This document shows, piece after piece, positions 1-8,446 of a stretch of 28,456 nt of DNA. The notes beneath the pieces are model-generated. The model searched no databases. It saw only the letters and a list, made by a program, of their open reading frames with translations, and had not been told where the DNA came from. The position numbers and the translations under genes were made by a program. Each line of letters begins with the position of its first letter. Position 1 is the first letter of the stretch. The DNA comes from a virus (lineage: Duplodnaviria; Caudoviricetes): positions 1 to 28,456 of the IMG/VR virus record IMGVR_UViG_3300005524_000111, one strand, 5' to 3'.

Positions 1-120
1 CGCAGGGCGAGCGGCACGAGCCCGGAGGCGCAGCCGGGAAGCGAGGCAAGGCAGGCGAGGAGCCTGCCGCCGCCGCGCGCAGACGTCCACGCGCGCAGGG
101 CGAGCGGCACGAGCCCGGAG
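1..120. repeat. Intergenic REP-like direct repeat (27-nt unit at 1-27 and 94-120) with an internal hairpin
   Basis: CGCAGGGCGAGCGGCACGAGCCCGGAG occurs exactly twice, 93 nt apart. A GGCAGGC/GCCTGCC inverted repeat lies at ~51-68. It sits just past the stop of the 127..645 gene and may continue left of the window. Confidence 0.6.
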
Positions 121-126
121 CGCTTA

Positions 127-645
127 TTAATCAGTCGGCGGCGTAACCTTGCTCGGCTCGTACTTGCTCGGATCCTCGACCGGTGCGGCGCCCTCGGCGG
201 AGCCTTTGCTGACCGCGAGGCTGATCGTCGTCTTGCCGCCCTCGGATGACACCATCACGTTGGCGTCCATGTCTTCCCGGGCGGCGGAGAGGTTCACCAG
301 ATTGCCGGTGCGCTGCCGGGTATCCACCTTCCAGCCCCGGCTCTTGAGCTGGTCGACGTAGAAGGCGCTCACCCGGTCGGCCGGGTCCGTCGAGGAGAGC
401 ATGAGGAAGCGCGAGCGCTCGGCGTCATCGCCGCCCTGAGCCGAGACCGAGCCGGTGGTGGTAGCCTTCGGATAGATGGGCAGCGGAAAATCCTTCGGGA
501 TCGAGCCCTGCCCCTCGGCAAAAGTATGGGTCATGCCGCCCGAGGTAAATGAGATCTCCTTGTTGCCCGCGCCGCAGCCGGCAAGCAGGATCGTAGCCGA
601 AAGAAGAGCCATGCCGGAGGTGGTGGCCGCGATTTTCCCTGTCAT
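127..645 (-). CDS. Putative lipoprotein
   Basis: Start chosen at ATG 645 (GAGG upstream). Hydrophobic stretch ending in lipobox LLAGC, followed by a 'PKDFPLPIYP...FY..QLKSRGWKV' domain seen in many uncharacterised lipoproteins. Confidence 0.7.
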   Translation of the reverse strand: MTGKIAATTSGMALLSATILLAGCGAGNKEISFTSGGMTHTFAEGQGSIPKDFPLPIYPKATTTGSVSAQGGDDAERSRFLMLSSTDPADRVSAFYVDQLKSRGWKVDTRQRTGNLVNLSAAREDMDANVMVSSEGGKTTISLAVSKGSAEGAAPVEDPSKYEPSKVTPPTD

Positions 646-738
646 CTCGAACCTCATCGCCATTTCTGCCGTAGCATGTATTTTACCTTCCGAAATGGGA
701 TTATTGTATTGTGAGCGCGGCAGGAAGGACCGGTCCAC

Positions 739-1869
<1,131 letters not shown>

Positions 1870-2779
1870 CCTCCAGCCAGCCTTCCCCGAGCAGGTTCAC
1901 GGCAAGCACGAGGGCCGATATCAAGATTCCCGGCGTCAGCGCCGCCCACCAGTTGCCGTCGATCAGGCTCATCTGAGCGGATGCCACCATCTGCCCCCAG
2001 CTGGGGATGCCCGGGCCGAGCCCGAGCCCGAGATAGCTGAGCCCCGCCTCCATGAGCACGGCGTCCGACACGAGCAGGGTGGCCTCCACGACCAGGGGCA
2101 CGGCGGCGTTGGGCAGCAGGTGGCGCAGCAGCATGCCCAGCCGCCCCACGCCCAGGGACCGGGCGGCCAGGACGTACTCCTGCGACCTGATGGTCATCAC
2201 CTGGGCGCGGGCGAGGCGGGCGGCCTCCAGCCAGGTGGTGGCGCTTATGACCAGGACGATGGTGGCCAGCGGCATAAGCCCGTGCGACCAGGGGCTGACC
2301 GCCAGCCCGGCCAGCACCGCCGGCGGCAGCACGGCGGTTAGCTGCGGCGAGCTCATGAACGACTGCAGGGCGAGCACCAGCACGAGGGCCGGGATGGACA
2401 GGAGCCCGTCCACCACCCGCATCATCACCGCATCGACGGCGCCGCCTGCCAGCGCGCTCATCGCTCCCCAGAGCGAGCCCACGCTCACCGCTATGCCGGC
2501 CGCCAGAATGCCCACGGCCAGCGAAGCCCGCGCGCCCCACATCGACTCGCACAGTATGTCCCGCCCGAGAAAGTCGGTGCCCAGGAGGTGACCCGCGGAG
2601 GCGGGCGGCAGGTTGGCCAGCGAAAGGTCCACGTCGATCGGCGTGTGCGTCCCGGTGAGCGGCCAGACGCCGGGGGCCAGGAGAGCCATTACAGCCAGCA
2701 GCGAAAGCAGGAGGGCACCGCCGGCGGTGCGCAGCCCCGGGCGCAAGCGTTTGCCGGACCGCCGGCGCCTGCCGCCCAT

Positions 2780-3802
2780 CTATGCCGCCCCCGTCCCGCC
2801 CGGCGCCGGCCGGGTGCCGGGCGCCATCGCCTGCTCGCGCACGCGCGGATCGGCCAGGCAGGAGAGCACGTCGGCAACCAGATTGGAGGCGACGACGATC
2901 GCCCCGTAGACCACAATCAAGGCCAGGATGACCGGATAGTTCCTGCCGAAGGTGGCGTCGACAGCCAGCCGCCCGATGCCCGGCCAGCCGAAAACGGTCT
3001 CGATCAGCACCGAGCCGCCGAACAGCGCCGGCAGCGACAGCCCCAGCAAGCTTATCACCGGCGGCATCGTGTTGCGGAAGATGTGGCGGGCGACCACCGC
3101 CGTCTTGCTCAGCCCCTTGCTGCGGGCGACAAGCACATATTCCCGGCCCATCTCGTCGAGCACCTGCGCCCGGACAAACAGCGCGATCTTGGCCGCCTTG
3201 CGGCTGGCGAGCAGCAGCGCGGGCAGCACGACGTGCTGGAGGGCGTCGCCGAGCTGGTCGCCGCTTCCCGCCCGGTGCGGACCGAGGATCGGCCAGCCCG
3301 GCAGCCAGCGCTCGACGGCAAAGATGGCCAGGAAGGCAAGCCAGAACGTGGGCGCCGAATAAAGGAGGAGGGCGGCGACGGCGCAGGCTCGCTCGAGCAG
3401 CCGCCCGAGCGAGCTCCAGGAGAGAACGGCCATCGCCGTCCCCAGCGTGATGCCCCCGGCAAAGGCCAGCGCCACCGCCGAGCCGACCAGAAGCAAGGTG
3501 GTCGGGCAGCGCTCGGCGATCACGCAAGCCACCGGTCTGCCGTCCTTGTACGACCGCCCCAGCTCGCCGGCGCCCCACCAGCCGGCGACCCAGTTGAGAT
3601 ACTGCCTGGGCCAGGGCCGGGTGAGCCCCATCTCGCGGCGCAGGGCCAGCGCCTGCCCGGGGCTCAGATCCCGCTCCGCGTTGCCGATAAGCACATCGAC
3701 AGGGTCGCCGGGCACGGCCTTCATGAGCAGAAAGGCCATCACCGAGACCACAAAGAGCAACGGCACGGCAGCGAGCGCGCGTCTGATCACTATCCCTGTC
3801 AT
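2780..3802 (-). CDS. dppB: Peptide/nickel ABC transporter permease, DppB/OppB type
   Basis: PGDPV, LGRSY, EYVLVARSKGL, HIFRN, IETVFGWPGIGRL, RNYPVI motifs. Confidence 0.93.
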   Translation of the reverse strand: MTGIVIRRALAAVPLLFVVSVMAFLLMKAVPGDPVDVLIGNAERDLSPGQALALRREMGLTRPWPRQYLNWVAGWWGAGELGRSYKDGRPVACVIAERCPTTLLLVGSAVALAFAGGITLGTAMAVLSWSSLGRLLERACAVAALLLYSAPTFWLAFLAIFAVERWLPGWPILGPHRAGSGDQLGDALQHVVLPALLLASRKAAKIALFVRAQVLDEMGREYVLVARSKGLSKTAVVARHIFRNTMPPVISLLGLSLPALFGGSVLIETVFGWPGIGRLAVDATFGRNYPVILALIVVYGAIVVASNLVADVLSCLADPRVREQAMAPGTRPAPGGTGAA

Positions 3803-3925
3803 CGAAGTGTAAAGCCCTGTTGCACGATTGCCCCGGTTGATTATAGAGGCAGGCTCGGGCGCCGGGGCGCCCGAGCCCCATGGTCCGGCGGGCCCTTGTG
3901 CTAGTATCTATACGACCGGCGTCGC

Positions 3926-3997
<72 letters not shown>

Positions 3998-4001
3998 TGA
4001 T

Positions 4002-4030
4002 TTGCCTCCCGCTTCGGGTCACGATACAAT
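4002..4030 (+). promoter_or_regulatory. Sigma70-type promoter of the interrupted tRNA gene
   Basis: TTGCCT (4002-4007), 17-nt spacer, TACAAT (4025-4030), 12 nt upstream of the tRNA 5' fragment. Confidence 0.7.
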
Positions 4031-4042
4031 GGTGACCTGCTC

Positions 4043-4068
4043 GGACGGTTGGCGCAGTTGGTAGCGCA
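4043..4068 (+). pseudogene. Orphan 5' fragment of a tRNA (acceptor strand plus D-arm), probable attL junction
   Basis: GGACGGT-TG-GCGC-AGTTGGTA-GCGC-A aligns to tRNA positions 1-26 and to the 5' end of the tRNA-Val at 4113. No T-arm or 3' acceptor strand follows. Confidence 0.75.
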
Positions 4069-4108
4069 AAACTCCTGCATTTAAGGAACTTCGGGGGTAA
4101 CGCGGACG

Positions 4109-4660
4109 ATGTGGGCGGCTAGCTCAGTTGGTAGAGCACTTCCTCGACACGGAAGGGGTCACAGGTTCAAGTCCTGTGCCGCCCAATTCTCGCTTGCCGC
4201 CGGTTTCGCAGTCTCGTGCGCGTGGCCCTGCGCGGGCCAGCTGCCCGAGCCATCGCCGCAACCGACGCAAACGAACGCACGGCGCCCGGAGCCGTTTGCG
4301 CTCCAATTTATGACCGCCGAGATGCAGGCGCAGACGGACTCGTATAAGGAGGAGCTCGGTCAAAAGCCGTCGCATCCAGAGACGGTTCGGAGGCTTGCGT
4401 CTCTGTACCGCGCGTCCACGGCCGATGCCGACCTCAGCGACTCGATCGTCGCGAGCAGCCTGGTCGACTTCTATCGGGGTCAAGCGGAGGCCCAAGGAGC
4501 GATCCAGGACGTCCAAGCGACCCTCGATTCGATGATGCGCCTGGCGGTCCTGAACTATGCGCAGAACCAGCACATTATCGAGCTGCTTGAAGTCATTGCG
4601 GGGCGCCGGGCCGCCTCGGCAGTGCCTCATGTGGAACATCCGCGGACAGGAGGAAAATGA
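4109..4660 (+). CDS. Hypothetical helical protein; start uncertain (ATG 4109 reads through the tRNA, alternative ATG 4310)
   Basis: Long open frame with protein-like composition ending immediately before the HTH gene. Signal-like segment FSLAAGFAVSCAWPCAG just after the tRNA. Confidence 0.55.
   Translation: MWAASSVGRALPRHGRGHRFKSCAAQFSLAAGFAVSCAWPCAGQLPEPSPQPTQTNARRPEPFALQFMTAEMQAQTDSYKEELGQKPSHPETVRRLASLYRASTADADLSDSIVASSLVDFYRGQAEAQGAIQDVQATLDSMMRLAVLNYAQNQHIIELLEVIAGRRAASAVPHVEHPRTGGK
4113..4185 (+). tRNA. tRNA-Val(GAC), complete, CCA not encoded
   Basis: GGGCGGC/GCCGCCC acceptor, GCTC/GAGC D-stem, CTTCC-TCGACAC-GGAAG anticodon arm, ACAGG-TTCAAGT-CCTGT T-arm, discriminator A. Confidence 0.93.
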
Positions 4661-4900
4661 ATGGCGAGATACACGAATAAGCCTATTCATCCGGCGATGC
4701 GCGACCTGATGCTTGCAATGGGCTGGGGAAGTCTTGCGGATGTATCAAAGGGAACTGGGATAAGCCTGAACACAATAAGGGGCATCGCAGTGTGCGGCAC
4801 GCGGCCGACGCTTCCGACGCTGGAGAAGCTCGCAGCCGCCGGGGGCTTCTCGGCGCAGGATTTGATGGTTCGCTTTTACTTTGGCGACGGCGAGGTTTAA
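4661..4900 (+). CDS. Small XRE/Cro-C1-like helix-turn-helix regulator (candidate repressor)
   Basis: AGGAGGA RBS. 'SLADVSKGTGISLNTIRGI..CGTRPTLPTLEKLA' matches the HTH_3 pattern. Confidence 0.8.
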   Translation: MARYTNKPIHPAMRDLMLAMGWGSLADVSKGTGISLNTIRGIAVCGTRPTLPTLEKLAAAGGFSAQDLMVRFYFGDGEV

Positions 4901-5040
4901 CCGCATCTAATGCGGCAGACAAGGACCGCTCATATATAGGATGTGCCGCTAGCGAGATTAAAGTAGTGATATGCAGGCTGTCTGCCTGCGCTACTCTGGG
5001 ATGTCCAGAAGATATTAACACTTTCGTATCGTCGAGGGGC

Positions 5041-5069
5041 TAGACAATAGCGCCGGCGCTCGGTACTAT
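5041..5069 (+). promoter_or_regulatory. Phage early promoter with a palindromic spacer
   Basis: TAGACA (5041-5046), 17 nt, TACTAT (5064-5069). The spacer contains the palindrome AGCGCCGGCGCT (5049-5060). Confidence 0.75.
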
Positions 5070-5074
5070 TCCAC

Positions 5075-5370
5075 CCAAAGGCAGAGCCGTCCCCCGGTGA
5101 CACCGCCGGCGGTGATTGGATAAAGATCACCAATTTTGATCCCGAGCCAACCGCAGCAATGCGGGGGCTCTGCCTTGGAGACCTGGGCCTGTGCTTGGCT
5201 GGCGATGCGACGGAACATAGGTTAAGCAGCCCCGGACCGTCACACAAGCCGCGAAGTACAGGGCTGGAGTCGAAGGTCCGTAGGAGATGGGCCTACCGCT
5301 GGGAGCGCGGCCCATCTCCTACGGACCCTAGACAGACATGACGGGGGCGTCACCGGATACGGTGGCGGAC
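5075..5370 (+). ncRNA. Structured leader / candidate ncRNA of the early operon
   Basis: Three consecutive stem domains starting at the predicted TSS, including a GCAA tetraloop hairpin and a perfect 19-bp stem (5275-5293/5309-5327). No convincing ORF. Confidence 0.6.
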
Positions 5371-5375
5371 AGCTT

Positions 5376-5849
5376 ATGGCAGACTTGCATCCGGCGGTAA
5401 TAGAACGATTCTGGTCGAAAGTCGACCGGAGCGCTGGCCCTGATGCGTGCTGGCCGTGGATGGCCGCGCGCGATGATCGCGGCTACGGCAACTTCGCGCT
5501 CCGGAAAGGCGAGACGCGCAAGGCGCATCGGGTCGCATATGCGATCGCCAATGGCGTCGCCCTCGGCAAGACCGAGAACGGCTGCCACTCCTGCAACAAT
5601 CCACCATGCTGCAATCCGAAACATATCTTCGCGGGCACGCAAAAGCAGAACATGGAGCACGCAGTCGCGACGGGCATTATTCGCAAGGGGGAAGCCCGGC
5701 CGGAGTCGAAACTGACGGAGAACGAGGTCAGACTAATCCGGCTGATTGGCGAGCATGTACCGGATGCGAGGATCGCGGCCGCCCTCGGCGTCGCCAGGAC
5801 GACCGTGCTGTCGGTGCGCAATGGCAAGACATGGAGGCACGTATCATGA
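5376..5849 (+). CDS. Phage HNH endonuclease with C-terminal HTH-like DNA-binding segment
   Basis: RFWSKVD...CWPW...YG, AHRVAY, CHSCNNPPCCNPKH...GTQKQNM, then KLTENEV.LIR...IAAALGVARTTV..VRNGKTWRHV. Confidence 0.9.
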   Translation: MADLHPAVIERFWSKVDRSAGPDACWPWMAARDDRGYGNFALRKGETRKAHRVAYAIANGVALGKTENGCHSCNNPPCCNPKHIFAGTQKQNMEHAVATGIIRKGEARPESKLTENEVRLIRLIGEHVPDARIAAALGVARTTVLSVRNGKTWRHVS

Positions 5850-6190
5850 CCTGTAGTCACATCGGCGGCATCGTCTGCGACGCGTGCCCGACATGGCGCT
5901 CGCGCCAGACGCCGACGCCGGACCAGCGCGCCGAGCAGCGCCAGAGCTTCACATATAAGCGATGGGCGGCGCTCGAGACGGAGGTCGCGGACGCTCACGA
6001 GGCGCTCGACAATATCGCGCACTGCGCCGCGTCGCTAGTCGAACGCGTGAGGGAGGCTGTACGCCGCTACCATCAAGCTGAGGCAATGCACGCGGCCGCG
6101 CTCGCGCAGATCGAGATTTACAAGACGGAGATCTCGACGCTGCGCTGGGATCGCGACCGCCTAGCTGCAAGCACGGGAGATAAGCCGTAA
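5846..6190 (+). CDS. Hypothetical protein (N-terminal Cys motif, coiled coil)
   Basis: ATGA-coupled to the HNH gene with GGAGG RBS; begins MTCSHIGGIVCDAC. Confidence 0.65.
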   Translation: MTCSHIGGIVCDACPTWRSRQTPTPDQRAEQRQSFTYKRWAALETEVADAHEALDNIAHCAASLVERVREAVRRYHQAEAMHAAALAQIEIYKTEISTLRWDRDRLAASTGDKP

Positions 6191-7224
6191 TGGACGTTAT
6201 TATCACTGATGCTGTAAAGAAACAAGAGAGGGCGCGGGTCCTGCTAGTGGGTCGCGCGGGCAGCGGCAAGACCTACACGATGCTGAACGTGGGGCAGCAC
6301 ATGGGCGCGCGGCTGGGTGTGATTGATTCGGAGCATCGGAGCGCCGCGCTGTATGCCGACGAGTTCCGCTTCCGGCACGTTGACATGGTCGAGCCGTCGG
6401 TCGACAACTACATCAAGGCGATTAAGGCCCTGGAGGCAGACGGCTGCGACGTAATCGGCATCGACAGTCTCTCGCATCCGTGGGAGTGGTTGACCGCGTG
6501 GGTCGATGCGGAAGCCATCCGGACAAACACGAGGAACACGGTCTCGCTCTGGAATCGTGCCGGCAAGAAGTGGAAGCAGCTATTTGACGCGATCCTTTCG
6601 AGCCGCGCGCATATCATCGCGACCGCGAGGGCCGCGACCGAATGGTCTATGGGCCGCGACGAGCAGGGAAAGCTCGTGGTTGAGAAGCTCGGTACGAAGC
6701 CGGCGATCCGTCGGGACTTCGACTTCGAGTTCACCGTAACGGGTGATCTCGACCATGAGCACACGCTGCGGATCGACAAGACGCGATGCCGGCGCCTCGA
6801 CCGGGCCGTATTCGAGCTTCCCGGCCAAGAGTTCGCGCAGATCCTGCTCGACTTCTTGAATGCCGGAGAACAGAATGGCGCGCAAGAGCCAACGCGGCGG
6901 CCTCCGGTGAACGATGCAAAGCCTCCGGTGAACAAGAAGACGCAGCCCGTGAACGAGGCCCGCGCGGGTGTGAATAACGCACAGTCTTCCGTGAACGCGC
7001 AGGATGCGAGAGAGACACATGCCGCCGTTGGCGCGCCAGCAGGCGAGAAGGCCGTCAATAGCTTCTTGTTCCGCGTGACGTCGAAGACCGGCCCCGGCTG
7101 GTCAGTCGCCCAGGTCAAGAAACTGGCGTCCGCGGAGCTGGGCGAGAGTTGGAAGTCCACGGCGACGGCCGATCAGATTGCGGCGCTCGAGGAGCGCATT
7201 AAGAATGGAGGGCGAGATGCCTAA
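6190..7224 (+). CDS. Phage AAA ATPase, Sak4/AAA_24-like recombination protein
   Basis: Walker A GRAGSGKT, VIDSE, Walker B IGIDSLSH.W, FEFTVTGDLD, IDKTRC. C-terminal linker with 7-residue 'VN' repeats. Confidence 0.85.
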   Translation: MDVIITDAVKKQERARVLLVGRAGSGKTYTMLNVGQHMGARLGVIDSEHRSAALYADEFRFRHVDMVEPSVDNYIKAIKALEADGCDVIGIDSLSHPWEWLTAWVDAEAIRTNTRNTVSLWNRAGKKWKQLFDAILSSRAHIIATARAATEWSMGRDEQGKLVVEKLGTKPAIRRDFDFEFTVTGDLDHEHTLRIDKTRCRRLDRAVFELPGQEFAQILLDFLNAGEQNGAQEPTRRPPVNDAKPPVNKKTQPVNEARAGVNNAQSSVNAQDARETHAAVGAPAGEKAVNSFLFRVTSKTGPGWSVAQVKKLASAELGESWKSTATADQIAALEERIKNGGRDA

Positions 7225-8446
7225 GAAGAAAACCGCTACCAAGCCAGCGAAGGGCACCACGACCGCATTTGAGCCTGACGCATACGTCATCCGCACAAGC
7301 GCGGCGGACGGCCGCTCGCACAATGGATTCATTTGGCCACGCGAGATCGGCGCGACCGTCGAGTGCCCGGACTGGGCGCCGACAAATGAATGTGGCAATG
7401 GCCTGCATGGCTGCCTAGACGGCGTCGGCGACTGGTCGCTATTGAGCTCGGCCCCTGACGCGCTGTGGTGGGTTATCGGTGTTCGCCGGGAGGAGTGCAT
7501 CGACCTGGGCGGCAAGGTGAAATTCCCGCGTGGGAAAATCGCTTACGCTGGCGGCATCAATGGCGCACTGCGGCAGATTGCGCAGGAGTGGAAGAGGATC
7601 GCCGACGAGGCGACCAAGGCGGCGAACGCTTCCGATGAGGCGCACACGACGGCTGATAACAGCCACGCAAGCACCGCCGGAGAGTGCAGCCATGCAAGCA
7701 CCGCCGGTAGGTACAGCCACGCAAGCACCGCCGGTAGCTCCAGCCACGCAAGCACCGCCGGAGAGTGCAGCCATGCAATCACCGCCGGAGAGTGCAGCCA
7801 TGCAAGCACCGCCGGTTGGTCCAGCCATGCAAGCACCGCCGGTAGGTACAGCCATGCAAGCACCGCCGGTAGGTACAGCCATGCAAGCACCGCCGGAGAG
7901 CACAGCCATGCAAGCACCGCCGGTAGGTACAGCCATGCAAGCACCGCCGGATATTCCAGCCATGCAAGCACCGCCGGTGTGTGCAGCCATGCAAGCACCG
8001 CCGGATATTCCAGCCATGCAAGCACCGCCGGAGAGTCCAGCCATGCAAGCACCGCCGGAGAGTCCAGCCATGCAAGCACCGCCGGAGAGTCCAGCCATGC
8101 AAGCACCGCCGGTAGGTACAGCCACGCAAGCACCGCCGGAGAGTGCAGCCATGCAAGCACCGCCGGTAGGTACAGCCACGCAAGCACCGCCGGTAAGTCC
8201 AGCCATGCAAGCACCGCCGGTAGGTACAGCCACGCAAGCACCGCCGGAGCAGGCTCCGTGTCCTGTGGCCTTGGCTTCGCCAATGCGGCACGCGCCGGCG
8301 CGGGTGGGGCGATCTGCCTCGTGCATCTCGGGGCGGATGGCGAGATCATTGCGATCCGCGCCAGCAAGGTCGGCGAGAACGGCATAAGGCCGGACGTGCT
8401 CTATCGGCTGTCCGCCGCAGGTGAGTTCGAGGAGGTCGACTCATGA
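7217..8446 (+). CDS. Phage repeat protein (DUF7666-like N-domain, 22 SHASTAGxx repeats, conserved C-cap)
   Basis: N-domain 'S.NGF.WP...ECGNGLHG...GGKVKFPRG', central nonapeptide array, C-terminal 'ASKVGENGIRPDVLYRL...GEFEEV'. Start MPKKK at 7217 after GGAGG. Confidence 0.8.
   Translation: MPKKKTATKPAKGTTTAFEPDAYVIRTSAADGRSHNGFIWPREIGATVECPDWAPTNECGNGLHGCLDGVGDWSLLSSAPDALWWVIGVRREECIDLGGKVKFPRGKIAYAGGINGALRQIAQEWKRIADEATKAANASDEAHTTADNSHASTAGECSHASTAGRYSHASTAGSSSHASTAGECSHAITAGECSHASTAGWSSHASTAGRYSHASTAGRYSHASTAGEHSHASTAGRYSHASTAGYSSHASTAGVCSHASTAGYSSHASTAGESSHASTAGESSHASTAGESSHASTAGRYSHASTAGECSHASTAGRYSHASTAGKSSHASTAGRYSHASTAGAGSVSCGLGFANAARAGAGGAICLVHLGADGEIIAIRASKVGENGIRPDVLYRLSAAGEFEEVDS
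7661..8247 (+). repeat. Coding tandem array: 22 copies of AGCCAYGCAAGCACCGCCGG at a 27-nt period with 7 variable nt
   Basis: Units start at 7661+27n through 8228; one unit reads HAITAG. Confidence 0.97.

Noticed and set aside
4043-4185. Single intron-containing tRNA joining the 5' fragment to the downstream 3' half
   Set aside because: The fragment's acceptor strand mismatches the downstream 3' strand (A-C), and the downstream tRNA is already complete.
5275-5327. Rho-independent terminator
   Set aside because: Strong stem but no U-tract on either strand; treated as part of the structured leader.
5075-5849. IscB/HEARO (OMEGA) RNA-guided nuclease or group I intron
   Set aside because: The 157-aa protein has no RuvC or PLMP motif and looks like an ordinary phage HNH. 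There is no interrupted exon or recognisable intron core. The RNA itself is kept as a finding.
7661-8247. CRISPR-like array (20-nt repeat plus variable spacer)
   Set aside because: Spacers are only 7 nt and recur, the 27-nt period keeps frame inside a protein with recognisable N- and C-domains, and there are no cas genes.
7661-8247. Diversity-generating retroelement variable region
   Set aside because: No reverse transcriptase or template repeat in the window, and adenines in the scaffold are invariant.
7439-8387. Long alternative-frame and antisense ORFs over the repeat (AMQAPP, PAVLAWL, RRCLHG, GGACMA)
   Set aside because: By-products of a stop-free 27-nt repeat; only the SHASTAG frame has an RBS, coupling and flanking domains.
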